Positions 36,286 through 45,012 of a stretch of 64,000 nt of DNA are shown here, one piece after another. Positions within the stretch are counted from its first letter, which is position 1, and each line of letters opens with the position of its first letter. The DNA is taken from IMG/VR virus record IMGVR_UViG_3300032261_000561. One strand, given 5' to 3'. Under the pieces are notes generated by a model. It was not told the DNA's origin and made no database searches. It worked only from the letters and a program-made list of their open reading frames with translations. Source of the DNA: a virus. The translations under genes were made by a program, and so were the position numbers.

Positions 36286-37274
36286 CAGGGGATCCTGGTG
36301 GCCGGGAAACTGATCGCCGCTGCCGCCGGGTAGAACTTGAACGCGCGGGTCATCGCGTTGTAGGGGCTGAACAGGAACAGACTGCGCGCGCCGGAAGACC
36401 CGAAGAAGCCACCGCCGAGCAGCAGTGCACCCCGGCCCAGCTGCAACAGCTCGCGTTTGGCCATTTTGACCATCGTCTGGTACTCACTCCACTCGGAGTT
36501 GAACAGGTTCTCCCAGCGCTGGGCGTAGTCGCGCCGGTCGGTGTAGGTGACATTCATCCCGGGGAAAGCGGGGATCTCGATGTAGGTCCGCCAAGCGTGA
36601 CGCACCACTTCCAGGTAGGTGCCGAGCATCAGCAGCCCGTTGAACTGCCCGCCGGTGGCACCCGGCCCGCTGAAGGTGTAGGTGGTGACCGGGAAGCCGG
36701 TGTAGTTGAACCGGGTGGTGGCCACCGCCGCCAGCTCGGAGATGCGCTCGTAGTCGAAATGGGTCTGGAACTCATCGATCAGGTGCAGGCCGCCTTCGGT
36801 GGAGTCAAACAGGTCCCCGAACATCCAGCTCACCTGCTGAACCATTAGCTTGTCCTCGGGGGATAGCGCTTCGTATTGCGGCATCTGGTCGAGGATCTGC
36901 AGGAAATCGTTGTAGGTGAACGAGCTGCCGTTCACCTGGTAGGTCCACTGCGCGGTGAGCACGCCCCGGTTGCCGGTGTAGGCCGGTCCGATCGGGTAGT
37001 CATACATGCCGGTGTCGGCGCGGTTGATCTGGGTGGGGTCGGCGGTGATCACCAGCTCCCCGCGCGGGTCGGTAGCGGTGGCAGTGGGATCAGTGACGTC
37101 GTCGAACCACACCTGCAGCTGCAGTGTGCCGGGGTCAGGGTCCACCGCGTTCTGGCCGTCGTAGATGGTGATCGCGACGTAGCCATAGCCGTTGAGGGCA
37201 ACGAATTTACGCACCAGCGACTGGTCAGTGATCTTCGGAGAGAAAATACCGATTCCACTCGGAAAAGCGACCAC
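36285..37274 (-). CDS. Head-to-tail adaptor/connector
   Basis: 329 aa, GTG start; adaptor-like C-terminus (DRRDYAQRW...KMAK); position. Confidence 0.55.
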   Translation of the reverse strand: MVAFPSGIGIFSPKITDQSLVRKFVALNGYGYVAITIYDGQNAVDPDPGTLQLQVWFDDVTDPTATATDPRGELVITADPTQINRADTGMYDYPIGPAYTGNRGVLTAQWTYQVNGSSFTYNDFLQILDQMPQYEALSPEDKLMVQQVSWMFGDLFDSTEGGLHLIDEFQTHFDYERISELAAVATTRFNYTGFPVTTYTFSGPGATGGQFNGLLMLGTYLEVVRHAWRTYIEIPAFPGMNVTYTDRRDYAQRWENLFNSEWSEYQTMVKMAKRELLQLGRGALLLGGGFFGSSGARSLFLFSPYNAMTRAFKFYPAAAAISFPATRIP

Positions 37275-37284
37275 GGCCTCTCCC

Positions 37285-38238
37285 TTATATCCCGAGGAAG
37301 GTCAGGCCCATGCGGCTGGTCAGACTGTTGGCTTGATCGACGAACGTGTTGACCACCCCCAGGCCCTGACTGGCGACATAGGACACCGCTCCGGTGACCA
37401 CGTCACCGGAGTTAAGCCGGATCGGCCCTTGAGCCGCGACGGTCTGGGAGAAGCCAGGAATATAGTTCTCCCCGCGCTGGAAGACGTTGGACTGGATGGA
37501 GGACAGCGAGTTGTTGACGAACAACGCCACCGAGGCGACGTTGGGCGCGATCGCCGGGTCGAACTGGACGGCCAGGTTGGTGGCGTACAGACCTGCATCC
37601 GCGACGATGATCTGCGCGGCGTCAACCGCGCTGTTGAAGAGGTTGCCGACGTCGTCGACTATGTCGTCCCACAGCAGCTCGATCCAACCAGGAGTATGCA
37701 AAGCCTGCGGTCTGGCCTGCTGCAGCTGGACGGTGGGCACCTGCAGGAAAGGGATCAGCTGCCACGCGTACCCACTGCCGGTGTCGGCCCAGATCCGCAG
37801 AAAGTTGGTGTCAGTCTCAAAGATCATCAGCCCGGGGAACGGGCTGGGCGGACGGTCAAGCGAGTCACAGATAAGGTAGGGCCGGTTGAGGATGTCAGGT
37901 CGAGACGCGGCGTAGTCGAGCTGCAGATTCCCCGGGGCGGCCTGGTTTGCACCCCTACCGAGCGTGTGATGAATCGAAGTGAGCGCAGTGTCGGTGTCGG
38001 GGACGGCATGCGTCGAAGACTGCGGCAGGATATGCGTGCCATCGGCGCCACCGGCGTGGTTGTGTGTCTTAAGGGCGGTCAGCCCTTCCAGACCCATGAT
38101 CGCCGCACCCTGATCACCGATCGACTGTGTCAGATCGCGAGTGCCATCCCCGGCCGACGAGAGCGGAGTGTTCTCGGGATCGGAGGGAATGGTGAAGACG
38201 TCGTTGGTGGCGGGATAGCCCGTCGATCCCGATGCCAC
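37285..38238 (-). CDS. Neck/whisker-like structural protein with beta-rich C-terminus
   Basis: GTG 38238 after AGGAGG; HHTLGRGANQAAPGN and RPPSPFPGLMIFETDT fibre-like motifs. Confidence 0.55.
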   Translation of the reverse strand: MASGSTGYPATNDVFTIPSDPENTPLSSAGDGTRDLTQSIGDQGAAIMGLEGLTALKTHNHAGGADGTHILPQSSTHAVPDTDTALTSIHHTLGRGANQAAPGNLQLDYAASRPDILNRPYLICDSLDRPPSPFPGLMIFETDTNFLRIWADTGSGYAWQLIPFLQVPTVQLQQARPQALHTPGWIELLWDDIVDDVGNLFNSAVDAAQIIVADAGLYATNLAVQFDPAIAPNVASVALFVNNSLSSIQSNVFQRGENYIPGFSQTVAAQGPIRLNSGDVVTGAVSYVASQGLGVVNTFVDQANSLTSRMGLTFLGI

Positions 38239-38248
38239 TGGGTCCCTC

Positions 38249-38419
38249 CTACTGGATAGGCGGCTGGACGCCCGTTCCGGCGTTCGGTGAGTTGACCATG
38301 CCAATCGAGTCGGCGAAGTCCTTCAACGGGTCAGCGTTGATGTAAGGCTGCCGCAGAATGTTGTTCAGCTGCTGCGAAGGGAAAGGGGCTGGTGCGGTGG
38401 TGATAATGGTGACGGCCAT
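38249..38419 (-). CDS. 56-aa small protein
   Basis: MAVTIITAPAPFPSQQLNN...VQPPIQ; fills the gap; GAGGT upstream. Confidence 0.55.
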   Translation of the reverse strand: MAVTIITTAPAPFPSQQLNNILRQPYINADPLKDFADSIGMVNSPNAGTGVQPPIQ

Positions 38420-38515
38420 TTTTTCTTACCTCTTCCGGTTTAGACTGCTCACATCCCGGCGTGTCGGCTCATGGTGTCGGCCTTGATGCGCCGGGATCTC
38501 CTTTCGCTCTTGGGT

Positions 38516-38842
38516 TTACGGGAAACTGGTGTTGGCCACGCCCACGACACCGGCGGCGTCATAGAAGGTCTTCATGGGATCGATGTTGGCCGTCAGGCCC
38601 GCCGTGGCCGCGTTGAAGCCCTGACCACCAGCGGTAGTCACCAGCTTCTTGGTGCCGAGATTCTTCTCCGCGTTGCGCCCAGACGTCTGGCTGGCGGTGG
38701 CCGTGGAAGCCGGATTGGCCAGCGTGTCCAGGACACTGGTGGGTCCGGTGGCACTGCCCTGGCCCGGCCCGATCGCGCCGATATTGTAGTTGCCGGTCCG
38801 GTATTGCCCGGTGAAGATGACTCCCGGCTGGGGTGCGGTCAT
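38516..38842 (-). CDS. Small virion protein, paralog of 32999..33211
   Basis: QPGVIFTGQYRT...TSVLDTLANP; AGGAG SD. Confidence 0.65.
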   Translation of the reverse strand: MTAPQPGVIFTGQYRTGNYNIGAIGPGQGSATGPTSVLDTLANPASTATASQTSGRNAEKNLGTKKLVTTAGGQGFNAATAGLTANIDPMKTFYDAAGVVGVANTSFP

Positions 38843-38851
38843 AGTGTTCTC

Positions 38852-39664
38852 CTATTGGTAGTACTGCTGCATGGCCTGTGGGGTGATCGGGGCGCCTTGC
38901 TGGTAGGGCCGCTGCTGAGGCACCCCGGGCTGGGTTTCGCCGACCACCATGGACCCGAACTGCCAGCCCTGCTCGCCGGTCTGCGGGTTGGTGACCAGCG
39001 AACCCACCCACAAGTGTTCCTCATGCTGATGAGCCTCGCACAGCGGCGGGCGGCCGCCCTTGTAGTCGGCGTAGGTCATCATCGACTGACCGCCCTCGAT
39101 GCCCAATGTGGGCATGCCGCGCTCGTCGCGGCCCCAGCGACCACAGCGCAGGCAGGGCCGGGTAACGATGTCCTTCTCGTTGTTGGACGGCTGCAGCGGG
39201 GCTCTCAGCGCCGCCAGCGTTTCATCGGCGTAGCTGGCGTGCTGGGCCATCATCAGCTCGATCTCATCCTGCATCTCGTTGTCGGTGCTGATGGTGATCG
39301 TCCCGCGCATCCAGGCCCGCTGAATGCCTCGGATCTCCAAGGCCAGCTTGGGCAGCATGCACATCGCGTCGGGCCTTCCGGCCGGGCCCAAGTCGAAGTC
39401 GACGCGCTTCTCCCCCAGCGCCTGGTGACAGCTGAACTGGCGGTGCGGGTCGTTGTGCTTGACATACAGCTCGCCGTCATATTTGCGCAGTTCGCGAAGG
39501 CTCATCATGGTCCGCTTGGGTGGCGCCGGTGCGACAGCTGGTTCGACCGGGGCGGCGCTGCGCGATCGCATCTCGTCGATGAAGGCCTGCTGCTCGGCCA
39601 GCTTGGCTTCCAGTAGGGCGATGCGCTCGTCGGCGGCACTCTGCGCGCTATCGGTCGTGGTCAT
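38852..39664 (-). CDS. Hypothetical head-region protein with Cys/His motif
   Basis: 270 aa; CLRCG...PLCEAH; GAGGAGG SD. Confidence 0.65.
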   Translation of the reverse strand: MTTTDSAQSAADERIALLEAKLAEQQAFIDEMRSRSAAPVEPAVAPAPPKRTMMSLRELRKYDGELYVKHNDPHRQFSCHQALGEKRVDFDLGPAGRPDAMCMLPKLALEIRGIQRAWMRGTITISTDNEMQDEIELMMAQHASYADETLAALRAPLQPSNNEKDIVTRPCLRCGRWGRDERGMPTLGIEGGQSMMTYADYKGGRPPLCEAHQHEEHLWVGSLVTNPQTGEQGWQFGSMVVGETQPGVPQQRPYQQGAPITPQAMQQYYQ

Positions 39665-39753
39665 GATGATCCTCCTCAGGGTGGGAGGTCCCGCCAGAGT
39701 CCTCTGCTCGCTAAGCGGGTCCCTCTACCCTCTAAGGCCTGAGGAGCAGACAA

Positions 39754-39793
39754 CTACAGCCCGCCCCCCGAATAGCAGGGGAACGGGCTGTAG
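39754..39793. terminator. Intergenic hairpin, possible terminator
   Basis: CTACAGCCCG...CGGGCTGTAG 10-bp stem. Confidence 0.5.
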
Positions 39794-39823
39794 GACGCGC
39801 CGCAAGTGGCCGGGTGCAGCGCG

Positions 39824-40015
39824 TTAAGTGGGGTCGACGAGAGGCAGACGGCTGGCCGTGTACTCGTCGATGTCGACCACGACAGGATTGGCCAGTTCCA
39901 GATCGGTCAAGGTATTGACGAACTCTTGCATGTCACAGGTGCATTCGGACTGCACGCGAATCTTCTGCATACGTCCCGTGTCGGGATCAATCAGGGTCAC
40001 TACGTAGTTCTTCAT
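39824..40015 (-). CDS. Small hypothetical protein
   Basis: MKNYVVTLIDPDTG...; track ORF starts at 40030. Confidence 0.5.
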   Translation of the reverse strand: MKNYVVTLIDPDTGRMQKIRVQSECTCDMQEFVNTLTDLELANPVVVDIDEYTASRLPLVDPT

Positions 40016-40093
40016 TGGGCCCTTTTCCACTAGAGGTGCTCTAGCTTTCCTCTAAAGGTTAGCCCATATTAGGCACGGCAAACGTAAACGTGG

Positions 40094-40134
40094 AAAGAAC
40101 CGGGCCAGAAACTCGCTCTGTGGCCCGGTTTTTT
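40094..40134. terminator. Rho-independent terminator, probably bidirectional
   Basis: AACCGGGCCA...TGGCCCGGTT stem with T-rich tails on both strands. Confidence 0.7.
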
Positions 40135-40149
40135 CCAGGTAAATCGTCG

Positions 40150-41169
40150 TTACGAACTTTGTATCGGAGTCACTGTCGCGTCGGGTGGAAGCGCCCCAGC
40201 CGTGGTGGCCACCGCACCGTCTGGCACAACTACCGGAACCGCGCCAGCTGGGACTTCCACCACCGGCGTAGTCGGCGGCAGAGTCCCCGCCGGTACGGGA
40301 GGTTGGCTGGGATCTACCGGAACCGGCGTGTTGTCCGCAGGTGTCGGGGGCGCGGGCGGTGGCTGGTCCGGAGGAGTAACAGCTGGCGCGTTGGAGGTGA
40401 ACTGGTCAGCCGTGCTCGTCGCTGACGTGGAACCGTCAGGGTTGACCACTACCACGTCGTAAGTGCCGTCGGCCAGCGCCGGGGTGACGGCGATGAGGTT
40501 GGCGTCATCCTGCAGCGTGTAAGAGGCAGCCGGGGTCGAGTTTCCCGAGCTGTCCACAAAATTCACGCCGGTGATGTTGGCGAAGCCCGAGCCCGTTACC
40601 GTCACGGTGTCGCCACCGGCGTCGGTCCCGTTGTTAGGGGACACGCTGGCCACTGTCGCGCTCGGGGCAGCGGGCGCCGGAGGGGTGGGCGGCGTGTCAG
40701 GCGGCGGGGGAGTGTCCGGAGGGGCCGGAGGAGCCGGGGGGACCGGGGCCGGGGGCGGAGTGACCGGATTAAACGCGGCGATTTGGTTGGCCAGGTCGGT
40801 CACCACCTGTTGCAGCTGAGTCACAGCGTCCTGAGCAGCCTGCAACTGTGCGGTCACATCGGCCACCTGCGCATCGTCGACTTGCTTTGCGGCCTCGGCC
40901 GCCGCCTGAGCGGCCTGGGCGTTAGCCACTGCGGTCTGGGCGTCGGCCAACTGGGACTGCAAGCTGGCAATGGTCGACTGGTCGCTTTGCTGGCCAGCCG
41001 CCAGGTTTTGTACGTCGGTCTGCAGGGTGGTAAGCAATGTCTGCAGGTCGTCAACTAATGCCATGAGTCCTCCTAGCTTGGTGTCTATCGAATCAAGTCT
41101 TTCGGAGAGGCTGGTTCGCTCTTCAAACCAATCGATGATTGGCTGAAGAAGATCCTGTATCTCGCCCAT
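40150..41169 (-). CDS. Coiled-coil + Pro linker + IPT/TIG (Ig-like) domain protein
   Basis: TVASVSPNNG...GGDTVTVTGSGF...GTYDVVVVNPDG; two SD-led in-frame ATGs (41169, 41064). Confidence 0.75.
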   Translation of the reverse strand: MGEIQDLLQPIIDWFEERTSLSERLDSIDTKLGGLMALVDDLQTLLTTLQTDVQNLAAGQQSDQSTIASLQSQLADAQTAVANAQAAQAAAEAAKQVDDAQVADVTAQLQAAQDAVTQLQQVVTDLANQIAAFNPVTPPPAPVPPAPPAPPDTPPPPDTPPTPPAPAAPSATVASVSPNNGTDAGGDTVTVTGSGFANITGVNFVDSSGNSTPAASYTLQDDANLIAVTPALADGTYDVVVVNPDGSTSATSTADQFTSNAPAVTPPDQPPPAPPTPADNTPVPVDPSQPPVPAGTLPPTTPVVEVPAGAVPVVVPDGAVATTAGALPPDATVTPIQSS

Positions 41170-41269
41170 GGCTCCTCCAAAAGTCCTCTCGCCCTTTTCC
41201 CCGCGAACCGACCTTTTCAACAGGGTATGCAGGCTGAACGTCTGTCAAACAAAGCCAGCGTAAACGCTA

Positions 41270-42958
41270 CTACCGAGTCGCATGGCGCAACAGATGATCG
41301 GCTCGGGCCAACGCAGCCATCGCCAACAGCTTGGCCATCGGGCGCATCCAGTTGGGCCGGTTGCCGATGTCGGGCAGCTCCCGACGCGGGTCGTACTCCT
41401 CCCCGATCTCCGGCGTGTAATTGGGGTTAGGCCAAGCCAATTCACCTTTGGGCGCCTTCTTCGGACCCGGGTATGTCTTGCCGGGATTCTTGGCCTCCCA
41501 CTTGGCCGCGTTGGCGTCGTACTTCTGCCGGTCCAGATCCTCCTTGAACTTCAACCAGACGGTGGCCTGCACCTGCTTGGGGGTGAGGTGTTCGTGCGGC
41601 GCCCGGTCGGCGTTCAGCCGCCGAGTGGCCTCCTGCACGGCATGCCGATAGAGGTTGTAGCCGACCGGAATCTGCTGCCGGGTCACCGGATCGATCTCCG
41701 AACCGCCCAGCTCGGGTGGCGCCAGATAGCGTGTCTCCAACGTGCCACCGTGCGGCTGGGCCATGGCGCGGACCATGTGGGTGTCGATCACCGCATCCTG
41801 GTCGTCGAGGTTGGTGTAGTAGCCCTGGTCGTTGATCGGGGTGGCGTTGACGATGTTGTTGTAGAAGCTGTTGATCTTGGGCCCGCTCAGATGCTGCTGC
41901 CACTGATCGCGCGGCGCGTTGAAGATGGCCTTGGAGCGTTCCACGTTGCCGCCGATGGTCGGCAGCCCGGCGGATCCAATCGGCGTCTGCGGATTGAACT
42001 CGCCTGGCAAGCCGGTGGACTTGACTTTCTTCTTGCGGGCCTGTGCCACCGCGCGCGTCATCCGCGCCAGCTGGGTGTCGACGCCGGTGTGCGCCAGCCC
42101 GTTGAGCCACTCCTCGCGGATGTTCGGGTCGGCCATCTCCGGCATCACCTGGCCGTGGGCATCGGCGTAGCGCTCCATCTCCTCGGCGGTCTTGGGTTCG
42201 TGGCCGTTCTCGGCCATCCACTGCTGGTGCACCTTGGGGTGGATGTAGCTCTGCTGCCAGTCGTATTTGTTCTCGGGCCGGTAGTTGAGCAGAAAGTGCA
42301 TCCCGTTCTGCAGGTTGTTGCCCCACTCCTCATGCGGGGACAGCCCGGCCATGATGCCAGCCGCTCGGGGGAAGTCGTGGATGGTCTTGTTGGACAGGTC
42401 TTTGGTGGCCTCGTGTGCGCCCCGATACCACCATCGGCCCTCGGTCTGCTGATCCGGCGTGGCATTGCGGTAGTGGTCCATCGTGTTGCCGATGAGGTGT
42501 TCCAAGTCGATCTTCTCGCGCACCTTGGTGCCCCGCGCCAGCACCACCAGGGCCTGGGCTATCGCCGAAACGAACAGTCTGCGGTCGGACCGGAAATGCC
42601 CCCACTCGGGCTCACCGACGTCCTCGCCGGTGTCGGGGTGATAGAACCGGCCCTCGCCGGGGCTGTACTTGACCTGGCGCCAGATCCGCTCGGCCTGGTC
42701 CTCGGGGCCGGTGTCTTGGGGAACACCCGACGCCCACCCGGGACCCTTCAGCTTGGTGACCCACCGGGGATTCTGGACGAACATCTCCCCGACGTCATCA
42801 CTGAGGCCCTCGTCCCCCATGGTCATCCAGGGCCCGGGGTTGCGGCCGGGGAAGATGTTCACCGGCTTGGTCTCGACGGCGGTGCCCGCTGCCAGCACCT
42901 GGACGGCGTGGGCCATTGCAATAATCACCGCATGCCGGTCAACGGGAGAGCTGTCCAT
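41270..42958 (-). CDS. Protein with HhH-GPD/endonuclease III-like motifs
   Basis: GRWWY...AGLSP...W..N; GPKINSFYNNI...AVIDTHMVR...QVQATVW; start uncertain (42958 assumed). Confidence 0.5.
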   Translation of the reverse strand: MDSSPVDRHAVIIAMAHAVQVLAAGTAVETKPVNIFPGRNPGPWMTMGDEGLSDDVGEMFVQNPRWVTKLKGPGWASGVPQDTGPEDQAERIWRQVKYSPGEGRFYHPDTGEDVGEPEWGHFRSDRRLFVSAIAQALVVLARGTKVREKIDLEHLIGNTMDHYRNATPDQQTEGRWWYRGAHEATKDLSNKTIHDFPRAAGIMAGLSPHEEWGNNLQNGMHFLLNYRPENKYDWQQSYIHPKVHQQWMAENGHEPKTAEEMERYADAHGQVMPEMADPNIREEWLNGLAHTGVDTQLARMTRAVAQARKKKVKSTGLPGEFNPQTPIGSAGLPTIGGNVERSKAIFNAPRDQWQQHLSGPKINSFYNNIVNATPINDQGYYTNLDDQDAVIDTHMVRAMAQPHGGTLETRYLAPPELGGSEIDPVTRQQIPVGYNLYRHAVQEATRRLNADRAPHEHLTPKQVQATVWLKFKEDLDRQKYDANAAKWEAKNPGKTYPGPKKAPKGELAWPNPNYTPEIGEEYDPRRELPDIGNRPNWMRPMAKLLAMAALARADHLLRHATR

Positions 42959-42988
42959 GTCATCGAATCCCACAGCACTCACGCCAAG

Positions 42989-43345
42989 ATGGTCAGATGC
43001 CGTTCGTGCGGCTGGGTACCCGCCGTCTACAGGAAGCAGTCCAGCGGGCACATGCGTCCCACCTGCAGCACCGTTGCGAGAAGCCGCAGAGCCAACAAGA
43101 AACGGGACTTCGGACTCACCGCCTCGGAGAGAGACGCGTTTCTCGAAGGGAAGGCGTGCGAGATCTGCGGCAACACTGAGGACCTGGTGCCTGACCATTG
43201 CCACGTCACCAAGGTCATTCGTGGCGTTCTGTGCCAGCAGCATAACCGGGCCCTCGGTCTACTCGGGGACACCGTCGAGGGTGTTCGACGTGCCCTCGCC
43301 TACCTTGAGAAAGAAGTCCCGGGGGATCGCCCCGGGACCTCTTAG
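42989..43345 (+). CDS. Endonuclease VII-like (His-Me finger) nuclease on the opposite strand
   Basis: CEICG...DHCHVTKVIRGVLCQQHNRALGLLGD; C-terminal part of track ORF 41282..43345. Confidence 0.8.
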   Translation: MVRCRSCGWVPAVYRKQSSGHMRPTCSTVARSRRANKKRDFGLTASERDAFLEGKACEICGNTEDLVPDHCHVTKVIRGVLCQQHNRALGLLGDTVEGVRRALAYLEKEVPGDRPGTS

Positions 43346-43388
43346 CTCTATTGTTCCGCATTGGAATTCGCAGAACGAATTGCTGGAC

Positions 43389-44402
43389 TTATTGCTTCCG
43401 GAGAATTATGATGCCCCGGGGGTTCAATATGGCAAGTCCAACCAATTCGTCCATGACCCAGCCTTTATGGAACTGTTGGACGAGGTTATTCTCCTCGACG
43501 TCCAGGCTGTACATGACCGGAAATACTCCAAGAAATTCCGGATCCGGAGTCAGGTACGTGGTGCCGATCGGAATGATGATCGACTTGCCGATTTGGAATT
43601 CGCCGAATTGAACGATTCGCTCGCCCGCGACAACGCTGTCCTTAAAGGCCCAGCCCGTCGTGTTGATATCCCACCTATAAAAATCGCGATATTCTTTTGG
43701 ATTCACCAGAAGGCGCGTCGAGTCGAGCATGCGCTGGTCGGTGAAGGTCACCGCGTTGTACAGGTCGTCGGGTGCCAGGATGTCCCCGGCCACCGAGATC
43801 TCATTGGGAAGGCTGCCGGTCACCGGCGTGGCTGAGGAGTCGACGAGCCGGTACTGTGCGGCGGCCGTCTCGACCAGGGATACCAACCGACCATCCTCCT
43901 GGCGCATAATCGCCTGCTTGGAAAAGTCTTGTTGGTATTCGACCAGATTTGCCCGAAGGAAGTACAGGTCCTCCTTGCGAATAATGGGGAACGTCGCAAT
44001 TCGGAATAATTGAACCTCAACGCGCTTGCCCTCGAACGGCGTTATCCGGATTTCACCTTCCGCGCCATGGAGAACATATGCCTGGCCGAGCTGGTCAAGA
44101 ATGTCGTATTGAATTGGTACGCCGGGTGTTAACGTATCTTCTAACAATACGTTGCGCAAAATACCCTGGTACCGCAATTGCAGCTGAATGGGGCCGATCA
44201 TCGATTGGCCGAGCCGCAGCATGCCATTGTTGGCATCCCGCAGCATATGAGCCATCCGGACCTGCTTTTCGCGCATGGACAACTTGCGGCCGCCCAGACG
44301 CTGCTGCAACTGGCCCATCTGGACCACGAACTCGTCCGATGAGCGAGCGGAACCGAAACGCTCTAGGCCGGAGCCGTGAGCAACAAGAGCTGGAAGTCCC
44401 AT
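43389..44402 (-). CDS. Major capsid protein
   Basis: 337 aa after protease and decoration genes; GQSMIGPIQLQLRYQGI, C-terminal GLAILNPRGI. Confidence 0.85.
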   Translation of the reverse strand: MGLPALVAHGSGLERFGSARSSDEFVVQMGQLQQRLGGRKLSMREKQVRMAHMLRDANNGMLRLGQSMIGPIQLQLRYQGILRNVLLEDTLTPGVPIQYDILDQLGQAYVLHGAEGEIRITPFEGKRVEVQLFRIATFPIIRKEDLYFLRANLVEYQQDFSKQAIMRQEDGRLVSLVETAAAQYRLVDSSATPVTGSLPNEISVAGDILAPDDLYNAVTFTDQRMLDSTRLLVNPKEYRDFYRWDINTTGWAFKDSVVAGERIVQFGEFQIGKSIIIPIGTTYLTPDPEFLGVFPVMYSLDVEENNLVQQFHKGWVMDELVGLAILNPRGIIILRKQ

Positions 44403-44413
44403 GGTCTCCCTCC

Positions 44414-44974
44414 TTAGCTTCCGGTCCCCAGCGCCACGCTCGTCGCGAAGAAGTTACGACGACCGCTGATGAGGATCTTGGACGTGGACACCACCGACAC
44501 CAGGCTGGCGATGGAGTTGGAGTTGTTGGCGCCGGTCGGCGTCAGCACACCCGGGGGCTGCGTGATGCCGTTGGGCAGCACCACCGAGCTGGTGGTAGCG
44601 GTCAGCAGCTGGACACCACCGTGCTGTGGTGAGGCCCACGTTGCCTGCTGGTCGAACGCCGGGGCCAGAACCTCGAACAGGCCCTGCGGATCGAGCTGCC
44701 ACACGGTGAACTCGTTGCCCCCGGTCGCCAGCACCTCGTCGATACCCAGACTGGGTGCGACGAACAGGCTGGACAGACCGAAAGGCTGACCGTTGCCGTC
44801 CCAGAGCGTGAAGACCTCGTCGTGGAGGAGCTTCATCACACTTCCTGGGTAGATGTCATACGTGCGCGGCCAGTTAGGGTCCAGGAAGCCCGCGTAGGCA
44901 GTCGCTTGCGTTTGTGCGTACTTGGGCATCAGGGTTCGCTGTTGCGCCGGGTTGTTGATTGTTACCCGCAACAT
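44414..44974 (-). CDS. Capsid decoration/stabilising protein
   Basis: 186 aa between scaffold and capsid; DIYPGSVM...PFGLS. Confidence 0.6.
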   Translation of the reverse strand: MLRVTINNPAQQRTLMPKYAQTQATAYAGFLDPNWPRTYDIYPGSVMKLLHDEVFTLWDGNGQPFGLSSLFVAPSLGIDEVLATGGNEFTVWQLDPQGLFEVLAPAFDQQATWASPQHGGVQLLTATTSSVVLPNGITQPPGVLTPTGANNSNSIASLVSVVSTSKILISGRRNFFATSVALGTGS

Positions 44975-45012
44975 AGGGTTCGCCTCCTCTCAGAGAACTC
45001 AGGACCGGGCCC

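Noticed and set aside
41282-42988. Long plus-strand ORFs (687 aa here; also 21596..23107, 25760..27070, 48465..49898, 54187..55719)
   Set aside because: Antisense shadows of high-GC3 genes with no recognisable motifs; only the EndoVII-like end of the first is accepted
42959-43243. N-terminal 95 aa of track ORF 41270..43243
   Set aside because: Lies antisense to the EndoVII-like gene and looks non-coding; a later start is more plausible
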